Shown: positions 13,215-25,620, counted from the stretch's first letter. The stretch is DNA of 64,000 nt from Chiloscyllium plagiosum (GCF_004010195.1 NC_057751.1:108979-172978), one strand, 5' to 3'. Made by a program: numbers and translations. The notes: generated by a model from the sequence alone, not told the origin.

Positions 13215-15425
13215 GTTTCACAGTAATAGAAGCAGGAGCAGGCCATTTGGCCTGTTGAGCCTGCTCTGCCATTAAAATCATGGCTGATCTATCTATTAAT
13301 CTACCTGTATTATCCCTATAACCCTTAATTCCCCTACCATGCAAAAACCCATCCAACTGTGTCTTGAATATCTTTCATGAAGCTGTCTTTACTGCTTCCT
13401 TGGGCAGAGAATTCCATAGATCCATTAGTTTCTGGAAAAAGCAGTTCCCTCTCATCTCTGCCCTAAATCTACTCCCCCTAATCTTGAGGCCACATCCCCT
13501 CGTCCTAATCTCACCCACCAGTGGAAACAACTTGCCTGCCTCTATCTTATCTATCCCTTTCATAATTATATGTTTCTGTAAGATCCCCTCTCATTCTTCT
13601 CAATTCTAGTGAGTACAGTCCCAGGCTGCTCAACCTCCCCTCAAAGGGTAATCCGCTCATCTCCAGAATCAACCTGGTGAACCTCCTCTGCACCACCTCC
13701 AAAGCCAGTATATCCTTCCTCAAATCAGGAGACCAGCGCACAATACTCCAGGTGCGGCCTCACCAACACCTTGTACAATTACAGCAAAACCTCTCTGCTC
13801 TTAAATTCAACCCCTCGAGCAATGAAAGCCAATATTCCATTTGCCTTCCCAATTACCTGTTGTGCCTGCAAATCAACATGTAGTGATTCATATATGAGCA
13901 CTTCCAATTCCCTCTGCCAAACAGCATACTTCACTCTTTCACCATTTAAGTAATACTCTGACCCACTATTTTTATTTCCAATGTGGATAACCTCACATTT
14001 ACCACCATTGTACTCAATCTGCCAGACCCTTGTCCACTCATTTAAACTATCTAAATCTCTCTGCAGACCCTCTACATCCTCTGCACAGTTTGCCTTTCCA
14101 TTCAATTTGTGTCATCAGCAAACTTGGATATGTTACACTCGGTCTCCTCTTCCAAATCATTTATATATAACATGAACAGTTGTGGGCCCAACACCAATTC
14201 CTCTGGCACTCCTCTCACCACTGATCCCCAACCAAAACAAACCCATTTATCCTAACTCTCTGTTTTCTATTGGTTAACCAGTCTTCTATCCATGCTAGTA
14301 ATTCCCCACAACTCCATGCATTCTTATCTTAGGATGAGTCTTTTATGCAGCACCTTCTCATACGCCTTCAGGAAATTGAAGTATACATCCCCTCCATAAG
14401 CTGCACCTGTCACATCCTCAAAGAACTCCAGTAAGTTTGTCAAACACTCTGATTCCCTTCCTGAATCCATGCTGCGTTTGCCTGATGGAACCCTTTCCAG
14501 CTAGATATCTCACAATTATCTTCCTGACTAATAGCCTCCAGCATTTTCCCAACTACAGATATTAAGCTAATTGGCCTATAGTTAGCTGTCTTTTGCCTAC
14601 ACCCGTTTCTAAACAGTGGCATGATATTCGCTGTCTTCCAGTCTGCCAGGACCTGCCCGGAGTCCAGTGAATTTTGGTAAATTACCACTAACTCATCCAC
14701 TATAACTTCTGACATTTCATTTTGCACTCTGGGGTGCATTCCGTGAGGACAGGGGACTTATCTACCTTTAAACCCTCAAGTTTGCTCAACACTACCTCTT
14801 TAGTGGATTGAGGTCCTCAGCTCCTATTGTATCCTTAATGTCATTCTTTGGCACATTCGACACATCTTCCATTGTGAAGGCCTTGACCATTTCAGCATTA
14901 TCCAATATTAATTCCTCACTCTCAGCCTGCAAGGGACCTACGTCTACTTTAGCCACCCTTTTTCGATTTATATATTTATAAAAATGTTTCCAATCATCAT
15001 CACCCTACAATCATGTTTCTGTCGTGGCAACTAAATCATACCCCTTTGTACTCATTTGCACAACAAGTTCATCGACTTTGTTTCGAATACGATGGGCATT
15101 CAGATAAACTAACTTTATACTCATTGTCCGTTTCAAATCTCGCAATCTCTCTGACTTTTGGCATAAGATTCTTTTGCCCAATTTTACTTTTTTCCTTTCT
15201 AATGTTTGCTCTGGTCTCTGCATTGCTTCCTTCTGCTTGGACTCCCAACCTCTTGCCATTTTCGTCTATCCTTCTCACAGTTTCTCTGCTCGTTGCATCT
15301 ATGTTTACATCAACTGCTGCATCTTCTGACCTGATGCTCTGGTTCCCACCCCTCTGCCAACCTAGTTTAAAGCTTCCCCAACAGCTCCAGCAAACCTTTC
15401 CGCAAGGATACTGGTCTCTCTCAAG
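13215..15425 (-). mobile_element. CR1 LINE with internal deletions, inserted into the Gypsy RT
   Basis: YLNAHRIRNK endonuclease start, WKTANIMPLF, NYRPISL, RRFTRLI, LWNSLP; Gypsy RT reads WSSPI before and VLVP after. Confidence 0.88.
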
Positions 15426-16694
15426 TTTGTGTTGGTTCCCAACCTTATGGTGCTCAATGATCCTGCCTAGATGAAAGGAAGGTCAATGCTGTGACCAAAT
15501 TTGACTCATAGCCAATTCCAAGGCTGGAGGATTGTGTGGAAAAAGAAGGACAAGCCACTCACATCACAAATTTTCAGTTTCTGGCAGTATCTTTGTCAGA
15601 GTGAGCAAAAGAAGTTTGTGTTTTTCTAACCCCAAATGAGCGACATCAATTTAAAGTAATACCCTTTGGAATAAAAAATGCACCATTAACTTTTCAAAGG
15701 CTTATGAACAGAGTTGTTACAGGGTTGACTAATTGTGCTGTTTAGTGACTTTTAGCCATTCATGGAAAGATCACATTGAACATTTGGCAGAGCTCTTTGA
15801 GAGATGACAACCGCAAAATTGGTCATAAACCTGGCAGAAACAGAAGTTGCGATGGTGGAAGTGACATTCTTAGGGCACAATATCGGATACAGACGGATGA
15901 CACCAAGGAATGTGAAGACAAAGGCTTTTAAGGAATTCCCAAAACCACCCTCGAAGAAGGAAGTGCTACGGTTTTTAGGATTGAGCAGATTCTACAGGAA
16001 ATTTGTACTAAACTTTAGTAGTGTTGTGGCACCATTGTCAGATTTATTAATAAAAAATATGAAATTTTGGTGGATAGAACAAAGCCAAGAGGCATTTGAG
16101 AATTTGAAAGCAGTGTTAACCATTACACCAGTTTTAGCCATGCCAAATGTTTTGAAACCCTTCTAAGTTGCCATCAACACAAGTGATGTAGGTGTTGGAA
16201 CTGTGTTGTTACAGGAGGATGGTTGTGGAATAGAAAGGCCAATTGGTTATTTTTCAAAAAAACTCAATATCCACTGGAAAAAAAATTTTCAACCATTGAT
16301 AAAGAGTTACTGAGTTTGGTAATGGCCTCACAACGTTTTAATGTTCATGCTGCAAACAGTGCATCAGAGATGATTGTGTATACCCCAATCAAAATCCTTG
16401 ACATTTCCAGAAAGATTTTGGGACAAGAACACCAGATTATTTCATTTGAGTCTCATTTTACAAGCATTTAATTTGCAGCTTGTACATATTGCAGGTCATA
16501 ATAATATCACAGATGCTTTATCATGAGTTTAAAAGAAAAATGCTTATATTAGATGGAAATGGTGTTCAATGTTATATCTAAATAGATTTTGTAGGCAGCA
16601 GTTGGGAAGGAAAATGCAATGGTAGCATTCATTTCAAGAGAGCTAGAATAACAGCTCATATGTATTGCTGATGCTGTAGAAGACTCTGATCAGA

Positions 16695-16828
16695 GGAGAA
16701 AGTGAGGTCTGCAGATGCTGGAGATCAAAGTTGAAACTTTATTGCTGGAACAGCACAGCAGGTCAGGCAGCATCCAGGGAACAGGAGATTCGACGTTTCG
16801 GGCACAGGCCCTTCTTCAGGAATGAGTT
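16695..16828 (-). mobile_element. Penelope-like element terminal repeat fragment with 15-bp TSD
   Basis: Direct repeat AAGACTCTGATCAGA at 16680-16694 and 16829-16843; related copies near 23045, 34545, 34905 and 53285. Confidence 0.75.
16788..16823 (-). ncRNA. Minimal type I hammerhead ribozyme motif
   Basis: Minus strand AUUC CUGAAGA A GGGC-CUGU-GCCC GAA ACGU C GAAU: stem I, conserved core, stem II, palindromic helix III, GUC triplet. Confidence 0.7.
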
Positions 16829-18794
16829 AAGACTCTGATCAGACCCTGGTTTTGGGCCTCATATCAAAGGAAGGAAGTGCTGAAGTTAGATGGAGCCCAG
16901 AGGAGATTCACAAGATTCACACCAGGACGAAGGGCTTGTTACCTGAGAAGTGGTTGAGGATTCTGGATTTGTACTCGATGGAGTAAAGTGGGATGAGGAA
17001 GGATTTCATTGAAACTTACAGGAATCTAAGAGGCCTGGATAGAGTGGATGTGGTGAAGATGTTTCCAATAGTAGGTGAGCCTCGGACCTGAAGGCCCACA
17101 CTCAGAATGAAGGGACGAACCTTTACAACTGAGATGAGAAGGAATTTCTTCAGCCAGAGGGTGTTAATGTACGAAACTCACTGGCACGGAAGGCTGTGCA
17201 GTCCAAGTTATTCAGTGTATTTAAGGCAGAGATTGATAGGTCCTTGATTGGTATGGGGCTCAATGGTTATGGGGAGAAGGTAGGAGAATGAGGTTGAGAA
17301 ACACATCAGCTTTGAATGAATGGCAGAGCAGACTCATTGGGCCATAATATACTCCTGTATATTATGGCCTTCAGCAGAATATTAAGTTTAAAGAAAAAGC
17401 ATATAAGGAGGCAAAAGTCAGTGTTAGCCCCCAACAGTTGGTACCATCACCATCACAAGGGAACTCGTATTAGACAAACTAATGGGGCCAAGGGCAGATA
17501 CGTTTCCTGGTCCTTATGGCTTGCATCCTAGGATCTGAAAAGTGGTAGCTACAAAGGTGATGGATGCCTTGATTGTAGTTTTCCAAAAATATGACACCCC
17601 TATTCAAAAAGGGAGGAAACAAAATGTGGTTAATTAGCCAAATATCTATTTTTGGAAAAGTTATGGAATCAATCATTAGCAAAGTGATAGCAGAACATTT
17701 GGAATATCACAATCTAATCAAGCAGAGTCAACATGACTTCATGAAAAGAAAATCATGTCTAACTAATTTATTGGAGCTTTTCGGGAAGTCTCAACCAGAG
17801 TGGACAGAACAGAACCAGTGGATGTGTTGTATTTAGATTTCCAGAAGGTATTCGGCAAGATACCTCAAAAAAAGACGAAGCCAGAAGATAAAAGCTCACT
17901 GTATTGGAGGTAGTATATTGGCATAAATAAGCTATTGGCTTAAGGGCAGGTAACAGTGAGTGGGGATAAAGGGACTTTCTTCAGATTGTTTGCCAGTGGG
18001 GTTCAGTGCTGAGACCACAACTGTTTACAACATATATTAATGACTAGGAGGAAGGAAGTGAACGTACTGTGGCCATGTTACAGACGACACAAAAATATGA
18101 AAAGATTGCAGTGGTCGGTATATTGGGTTGAGGTCAATGTGTTACTGATGGAGCCCATAGAAGTGATACAAAGTTTAGAGAGAGAAATTAATTCTTTAAG
18201 TAAAGAGGCAACAAGCTGGCAAATTGAATATGGGAAAATATGAAGTTATAGAGTCATACAGATGTGCAACAATGAAACAGACTCTTCAATCCCACTCGCC
18301 CATGCCAACAAGAAATCCTAAATTAATTTAGTTCCATTTGCCAGCACTTGCCCCCTCTAAACCCTTCCTATTCATACACCCATCCATATGCCTTTTAAAT
18401 ATGGTAATTGTACTAGTCTTCACCACTTCCTCTGGCAGCTCATTCCATATACGCACCACCCTCTGCGTGAAAAGGTTGCCCTTTAGGTCCCTTTTAAATT
18501 CTTCCCCTCTCACCTTAAACCTATGTCCTCTGGTGGTTCATTTTAGAAGAAAACAAAAGAATCGAGTATGATTTAAATGGAGAAAAACTGTGGAAAATTG
18601 CAACACCAAGAGACTGGGGGTACACAGTAAACCCACACACCAGAGCTGCAGGTAATCAGGAAGGCCAATGGAGTGTTGGCCCTTATTTCAAGGAGGTTGG
18701 AGTATAAGAGTAGGAAAGTCTTACTGCAGCTGTACAAGGTGCTGGTGAAACAACATCTGAAGTAATGAGAGCAGTTTTGGTCCTCTTATTTCAT

Positions 18795-19880
18795 TCAACA
18801 TTTGCGTGAAGACTTGTAACTTGGCAGGCAAACAACTACTAATTCACATCCACAAACACCAGCTAGCCACTAAACACCAGTTGCCATCGTTGTGCGTATG
18901 GGTTGAGTTGGGAAGTTGATTTGCAGACGTTTCATCCCTGTCTGGGTGACATCTTCAGTGCTGTGGAACCTCCTGTGAAGCACTGTTGTGCTGTCTCCTC
19001 TGACATTTATTTGGTTCTGTTCCTGTTGCTTCCAGTTGCTGATTCCAATTGTTTGCTGCAGTCGTCTGTATATTGGGTCGAAGTCAATGCATTATTGATG
19101 GAGCCCATAGATGAGTGCCATACCTCCTGAAATTCTCTGGCTGTCCTCTGTTTAGCTGGTCCTATTATCACAGTGTTGTCCCAGTCGAATTTGTGTGTTC
19201 TCCACACTCGCATTCATGACAGGCAATGAATTGACAGCCATGCTCAGACAACAACTCACTAGAACAAAAGACCCAATACTCATCATCTGAAAGACAAACG
19301 TAGTTTACAAAGTTTCATGCAAAGACTGCACAAACAGGCAGACAACTAGCAATCCGCATCCATGTACACCAACTAGCCATTAAACGCCACAACCAGCTGT
19401 GCTATTCACACAGATGACAAGGACCATAAGTTTGAGTGGGACAACATTATGATTATAGGACAAGCTAAACAGAGGACAGTCAGAGAATTTCAGGAGGTAT
19501 GGCACTTATCTGTGTCTGTCACATCTTTGTCTTTGTCCACTACTAGAAACAAAAGGACATTGTTTGGCTCCTTGAGCCTGCTCCACCAGTCAATGATTTG
19601 ACATTCCTCATGTTCTCTGTCCCACTCTTTCTGTGTAACCCTTGATTCCCTGACTGATCAAGAATCTATCCATCTCAGAATAAATTATACACAATGACTC
19701 TGTATTAGACTTAGACCCAGTATACAGACCACTGCAATGAACAACTGGAACTAGCAACCAGAAGCGGCAGGAATGGAACCAAATAAATTCTAGAAGACAC
19801 AGCACAGCAAGGCTTTTCACTGGAAGCTCGAAAGCACTGAAGATGTCACCTAGACAGGGGATGAAAAGTCTGCAAATCAT
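18795..19880. mobile_element. Penelope-like element composite: GIY-YIG endonuclease remnant (+) and inverted terminal copy (-)
   Basis: KTNVVYKVSCKDC...TGRQLAIRIH...HKFEWDN...KQRTVREFQEVWH on + at about 19290-19506; same HKFDWDN...REFQEVWH on - at about 19007-19200; hammerhead-like ends at 18923-18961 (-) and 19834-19873 (+). Confidence 0.82.
18923..18961 (-). ncRNA. Minimal hammerhead ribozyme motif
   Basis: GCA CUGAAGA U [GUCACCCAGACAGGGAU] GAA ACGU C UGC; stem II imperfect. Confidence 0.6.
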
Positions 19881-20388
19881 TTCATTGCACGCACTTCAGA
19901 GAAAGTTTACTAGGATTGATCAGAGGATGGAGGAATTGACTTACCAGCAAAAGTTAAACAGATTGACCCTACTCGCTGGTATCTAAAAGAATGAGAGATG
20001 AACTCATTACAACAGTTTTCATAAGGGGCTTAACATGATAAATGCTGAGAAAGTGTTTCCCTTCATGGGACAGTCTCAGACCAGAGGGCATTGTCTCAGA
20101 ATAAAGGGATGCAAATTTAAGACGTGAGATGACGAATTTCTTCTCGCAGAGGGTTGAGTGTCTTTGGAACTTCTTGCCACAGAAAACTGTGGGGCAGAGT
20201 CATTGTGTATAATTTATTCTGAGATGGATAGATTCTTGATCAGTCAGGGAATCAAGGGTTACACAGAAAGAGTGGGACAGAGAACATGAGGAATGTCAAA
20301 TCATTGACTGGTGGAGCAGGCTCAAGGAGCCAAACAATGTCCTTTTGTTTCTAGTAGTGGACAAAGACAAAGATGTGACAGACACAGA
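19509..20388. repeat. 194-bp inverted duplication (19509-19702 versus 20195-20388)
   Basis: Arms are reverse complements with no mismatch found by eye. Confidence 0.9.
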
Positions 20389-20389
20389 C

Positions 20390-20800
20390 AGTCAAAGAAG
20401 CAAATGCAGGTCAGAAAGTTAGTGGGACAGAGTCTAATAAGGAGACAGTAACAAACAGAGGGTCAATCAGAGTGACAGAGTGAGGAAGAGAGAATCACAT
20501 CATGAAAGACAGAAATATATTGGGAAACAGTGCAACAGAAACAGAATGCTCAGGTCAGAAACCATCAAGAGAAGCGAAAAGGAACAAACAGAGAGAACCA
20601 GACAGTGAGCAACAAAAATAGAGACAGTGAGATAGAGAGAAACAGTGAGTAAGTAAAATTGGGAGAAAGAGACAATCAAAGAGAATTACAAACATGAGAG
20701 ATAGGAATAATAAGAGAGAGGGAAACAGAAACGGAGAGTGGGATAGCATGAAAAGCAGGATGAAAGTCGACTAAGTGTAAGAGTCAAAGAGATCAGGGAG
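20390..20800. repeat. Purine (GA/GACA)-rich low-complexity tract
   Basis: Strong purine skew with recurrent GAGA/GACA units. Confidence 0.6.
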
Positions 20801-21529
20801 TTGGAGTGGCAAAGAACACTTTGGGTTGAATGAGCAAAGTATCGAACAGTGAGATTAAGGGACTATTCTCCTCTCTCCCTTCACAAGAAACATCACAGAG
20901 CCCTGAAAGACAAGATGATACTGAGCCAAAGAAGGAACAAGAATTGATCAGTTTAAGATCAAAAACTCATTGTTGATTAAGCAGCCATTGGCATTTAAGG
21001 AACAGATTTCAAGTCTTGAACACTGAGCTTATCCAATATTATTTTATTTTAATCAACCCAAATCTCATTCACCGACTCAATTGCTCATGAACTACTGTTT
21101 AGGAGATCCCTCACTTTAAAACTTTTCATCCTTCTGTTCAATTCCTTTCCGAGCACTCTACCATCCCTTTTCCTGTAACCTCCTCTAGCCCCTATTACCC
21201 TCCCTTTCTGTGAGGTTCTGGGTATCCAGAATTCACTGCCTTAAAGGGGGGGGGGGGGGGTAGAGACAGGACCCCCGAAGACTTTTAAAAATTACTGAGA
21301 TGAGTCACTGAAATTTCATAGCTACAGGCCAAATGCTGGAAATCAGGATTAGAATAGATGTATGTTGAATGATTGGTGTGGACACGGTGGGCGAAGGGCC
21401 ACTTTCAGTGCTATCAAAATTCAAAGATGAAGTTTGGTGGCTGAAGTCTGGGTGGTAGTTGGCAGTGCCATCATGTGGCTCAATGCTGTAATTACAACCA
21501 GTTTTCCTACTGTGGCAGAAGGCTCCACC

Positions 21530-21708
21530 TAGCGTATAGAGAACGACTATCCTAAGGACAAAGGCGGATAGCAATTCATTCAGTTAATCGAATTTCGGAT
21601 AACTGAATGCTGGATAACACAGTTTAGCCAAGCATCGGGACCTTGCGATCTTGCCGGATAATCCGTTGTTCGGGTAATTGAATGCCAATTAATCGAGGTT
21701 CCTCTGTA
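21530..21708. mobile_element. Probable Tigger/pogo-type MITE remnant
   Basis: Ends TTAATCGAGGTTCCTCTG followed by TA; internal repeated GGATAA/TAATCG units; left TIR not clearly preserved. Confidence 0.5.
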
Positions 21709-22459
21709 CGTTGAATCCAGTGCACATCAGAGCCCCCTTGGAACATGCTGGGTTACAATCCAGTCAGGAGAGTGAAGTGGCAGGAAGTCCTGTTTACTGG
21801 TTCCTTCAGTTCATTGCATATGAAATCCTTGCATTGACCATTGTCAGTTTTGCTCCATTCTGTCCGCACCCATAGCTACCTGGAGCCCAACAGCTTGCTG
21901 ACTCGGACTTCAACATTCAGAATAAGTCCTCCTTCAAACACACTCTCTGGAATCCTTGCAAGAAAATATTTGAGTCTCTATTTCTACTCCATTTTAAAAT
22001 AATTCTCCTTGTTTCTTTCTGTTGTGCCTTACTCAGGTCAAGAAGAATGGACCAATGCACAACCTCTGACAGTTCTGTTTGTTGGAGACCTATCATTTCA
22101 TCCACAGGTCACTGCTGTAAATGTTCCTCAAGGCAGTGTGTGTGGCCCAATCATCCTCAACCTCACCCCTTTATGCCAACCTCATGCTGCTGGGCACTGC
22201 TGTCATTTTCCTCCTTATACAAGGTGTCACTGTCAAGGAGGCTCCTCCTTGTCTTCACCAATGACCTTCCTGCCAATGGAAGTTGCTAACTGTGCAAGCT
22301 CACTGCCGTGTTCTCAGCCACAATTGTAACTCATCAGATCAATTAATTCGCCGTAATCCCATATCTGCTCATTCATTGGAAAAAGCGACGATTGCCAGTG
22401 AATGTAGTCCGAGGGTCACCACCCCTCAGGTCAGGGGAGAGATTGAGTAGGAGAGGCAG

Positions 22460-22980
22460 AGAGTCACACAGCACGGAAACAGACCCTTTGGTCCAACCAT
22501 GTTGCCAAACTAAACTAGTCTCACCTGCCTGCTCCTGGCCCATATCCTTCCAAACCTTTACTGTTCATGTATTTATTTATCCAAATGTCTTTTAAACATT
22601 GTAATCGTCCCCACATTCACTTTGTCAGGAAATTCATTCCACCGTAAACCCACCCTGTATAAAAGATTTGACCCTCATGTCGTTTTTAAATCTCTCTCAT
22701 CACACCTTAAAAATGTGGCCCCAGTCTTGAAATCCACCATTCTAGGGCAAATACACCACCATGTCTATACCCATGATTTTATAAAGTTTAAGGTCACCTC
22801 TCAACCTACATGCCAGTGAAAAAAATCCCAGCCTATCCTTAACTCAAACCTTCCATACCCAGCAACATCCTAGTAAATCTCTTTGAACCCTCTCCATTGT
22901 AACCACATCACTCTGCATTGCAAATCAGCCATCTTGCCAACTCATCTAAACTGACTAATCCTTCTCTCCTGAGATAACAT
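22460..22980 (-). mobile_element. CR1 3' fragment
   Basis: Reverse complement of the CR1 tail (CAGCACGGAAACAGACCC) and ORF2 end. Confidence 0.7.
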
Positions 22981-23302
22981 CCGCTCACTGCAGGATCAGA
23001 GGAGCATCGTCTTGGTAACGGAGAGACCAAGCAATGACCACTTTCCTCATGAAGAGCGTATGCCTGAAACGTCGATTCTCCTGCTCCTTGGATGCTGCCT
23101 GACCTGTTGTGCTTATCCACACTCTCGCCTCTGATCCCCAGCATTTGCAGTCCTCACTTTCTCCAACTACATAGAACCCAACCAATGACCATTGTCATCC
23201 AAATGTTGCATCGTCGCTGGAAAGAGAGGGAATGGGGTGACTAGAGGAAGAGGGTGAGGGTGAGAATAAGGGCGGTTTGGGTGGAGGACGAGTTCCAAAG
23301 AT

Positions 23303-23578
23303 CCCTACAGTGTAGAAACCCTCAGCCCTGCAAGTCCACACCGACTCTCCAAAGAGTAACCCACTCAGACCCATTCCCCTACCCTATTGCTCCACATATT
23401 CCCCTGACTAATGCAGCTGACACTATGGGCAATTTAGCATGGCCAATCCACCCTAACCTGCACACATCTTTGTGACTGTGGGAGGAAACCCACACCGACA
23501 AAGGCCCAATGCTGGAATTGGAACCTGGGTACCTGGCTCTGTGAGGCAGCAGTGCCAACCACTGAGCCCCTGTGTCAC
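23303..23578 (-). mobile_element. HE1-type V-SINE (tRNA-derived)
   Basis: On -: CAGTGGTTGGCACTGCTGCCTCACAG head, B-box-like GGTTCCAATTCC, GGGTTTCCTCCCACAGTC core with internal deletion, CR1-like tail. Confidence 0.8.
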
Positions 23579-23829
23579 AGATATCATGGAGATACCTGAA
23601 GACAGTTCTTTTCAGACCACAGGTCAAAGTAAATCAGTGATCCCAGATGGTGGTGACTGGATGGATCGCCTGTGAATTAGGAGCAGAATTTGGGCTGATC
23701 TAAATTGTGTATTGCATGGAATACTCTCTGAGGTTTAGTGGGGGTTTGGAGGTTTTTGGGGTTGTTTGGGGGAGGGGTGGAAGCGGCAGAAGTTTCTCGA
23801 AGCCAACCTCTGGAGAAGCCCCTCCCCTG

Positions 23830-24100
23830 ATTTGATTGGATTTGAGCCCAGGTTTCCAGCCAGCAGCCACAGGATGGGCCGAATGGTGCAACCCCTGAAT
23901 GGCCTTCCCATATCTCCCACTCCGCCAATTTTTCAGAAAAAAAAATTAACTGCTTTTATTATTAATTGAACAAAATGGTCGTTGACCTGAAACAGCGACT
24001 ATCGTCATTCCAACTTGCAGGCCTTCCGCTCCGCAATATCGTCACATCCGGCCGCCTGCCCCTCATAAAGATGGCCGCCCCAGCAGGTGATAAACTGTGG
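23830..24100. promoter_or_regulatory. CpG-rich housekeeping-type promoter region, candidate TGOLN2 promoter
   Basis: CpG cluster in a CpG-poor window; ATTGG/CCAAT boxes near 23835 and 23925; ETS-CRE-like CCGGATGTGACG on - near 24040-24051; YY1-like AAGATGGCCGCC near 24068-24079. Confidence 0.55.
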
Positions 24101-24169
24101 AATGGAATTACATGGATCAGGAATAACACCGAGCCCTTGAGGCACGAGAGAGAGAGAGAGATCGTTTCA

Positions 24170-25010
24170 TTTGTTCTGGTCACATGTACCTAGATACATG
24201 TCAAAGTTTTGCTTTACACACAATAAAGGCAGGTCATACATTGCGCAAGTGCATATGGCTGAAGAGAAGGTGCACAGAGAGTGAAGTCAATATTAAATTC
24301 AATATTTGAGAGTCTACCCAGAAGACAAATAACAGTGGGGAAGAAGCTGTACTTGAGCCTGTTGGCACACACCACACACCTCTACACTTTTTGTATCCTC
24401 TGCCCGACTGAAGATGTCAGAACAGATTATAACTGGGGTGGAAGGGGTCTTTGATGATCTAAGGCAGCAGGAAAGAAAGGTAGAGTCAATGAATGGAAGG
24501 TTGGTTTGTGTGATGGACTGGGCTGTGTGCACAACTCTGTGTGGGTTCATACGGTCCTGTGCAAAGCAGTTGCCACACCAAGCCATGATACATTTCAACA
24601 GAATGATTTCTATGGTGCACCTATAAAAATGGATCAGAATGTTTACAGACATGCTGAATTTCTTTAGCCTCTTGAGGAAGTAGAGACAATGTTGTGCTTT
24701 CTTGACCGTTGCATCAACATGGATGGACCAGGACAGATTGCTGGTGATTGTCACTCCTAGGAACTTGATGCCCTCGATCATCTCCACCTCAGCTCTGTTG
24801 ATGCATGCCCTCCACCTTGCTTCCTGAAGTCAGTGACCAACTGTTTCATTTTGCTAACATGGAGAGATTAATATCTTTACACCACGCCACCTAGCTTTTT
24901 GCTCTTTCCTGTATTCTATCTCGTTGTTGCTTGAGATCTGGCGTACAACGGTGGTGTTGTCAGCAAATTTGGTGATGGAGTTAGAATGACATTTAGCCAC
25001 TCAGTCATGA
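24170..25010 (-). mobile_element. Rex1/Babar-type LINE 3' fragment
   Basis: KFADNTTVV near 24950; ORF 24314-24787 KFLGVTITSNLSW...KKAQHCLYFLKRLKKF...FYRCTIE. Confidence 0.78.
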
Positions 25011-25269
25011 TCAGTCCCTCATAGGTCTTTGCTGGATTCACCAAGTTCATCATATTCCATCATTCCCAGTGCTAGGATCCCATTCCCCTTTGGATGAACA
25101 GATATCCGCTTCACCTTGATCTGAAGTAACCTCGGGACTGAGACCATAGTTCATGTCTTGGTGGACTTTCTTGAGAAAGGAGCTGACATTTACATGATGG
25201 TACAAGCAACCTAATTTATGCCAATACCCAGGGTCCAGTCCAGGACCCTCTGCACTCATGAAACCACAT

Positions 25270-25620
25270 TGCTCCAGGATCTGCTCCATTCCAAGACACA
25301 CTCTGCTTCAGGATCCACTACACTCTGGAATTAACTCTGCTCCAGGATCCACTCTGTACTGTGATGAACACCACTCCCCAATCAAGTCTGCTCATGGATT
25401 ATCCCATGTTGGGGTCGATTACATTGTGGGATCCATTCATTGTCAGGGATCCACACAATGTCTGATCCATTCCGCTTTTAGATCCACAGAGCTCCGAGAT
25501 CCAGTCCATTGTGTAATCCATACTGCTCCAGAATCCACTCAGCTCCATGATTCACTACGTTTTGAGATCGACTCTGCTCCAGAGCCGACTCCACTCCGGG
25601 ATCTCCTCCGCTCCGGGTCT
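25270..25620. repeat. Degenerate minisatellite, period about 16-17 nt (CTCCAGGATCCACTCTG-like)
   Basis: Many regularly spaced GATCC/AATCC/GATCG variants directly upstream of the TGOLN2 ATG. Confidence 0.6.

Larger units (their letters stand above)
6659..16530 (+). mobile_element. Gmr1-type Gypsy LTR retrotransposon (5' LTR-gag-PRO-INT-RT-RNaseH), decayed, no 3' LTR seen
   Basis: LTR TG...TAACA ending 9615, then a degenerate PBS; SCAN-like gag (LRDIILLEEFKNS...EFADEY); CCHC knuckle CFHCHRVGHTKSQC 10947-10988; protease LRGTGAS about 11220; integrase CHTCHVCQ and GPLPKTKGGNQYLLTV about 11850-12520; RT WSSPI about 13200 and PFGIKNAPLTFQRLMNRV about 15660; RNase H STIDKELLSLV about 16290. Confidence 0.88.
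16590..17380 (+). mobile_element. CR1 3' fragment carrying a PLE terminal insertion
   Basis: CR1 ORF2 C-terminal nucleotide motifs (GAGATGAGAAGGAATTTCTTCAGCCAGAGG). Confidence 0.8.
17460..20350 (+). mobile_element. Older CR1 LINE, interrupted by a young minus CR1 end (about 18248-18533) and a PLE composite (about 18795-19880)
   Basis: TPLFKKG, QHDFMKRKSCLTNLLELF, CR1 3' end near 20300. Confidence 0.8.

Noticed and set aside
22009..22329. 106-aa ORF after a pyrimidine-rich acceptor-like site
   Set aside because: Contains VPQGSVCGP, more consistent with an ancient L2/CR1 RT remnant than a host exon
23500..23578. tRNA-like A/B boxes (also at 60510-60595)
   Set aside because: These are SINE heads with no full cloverleaf, not tRNA genes
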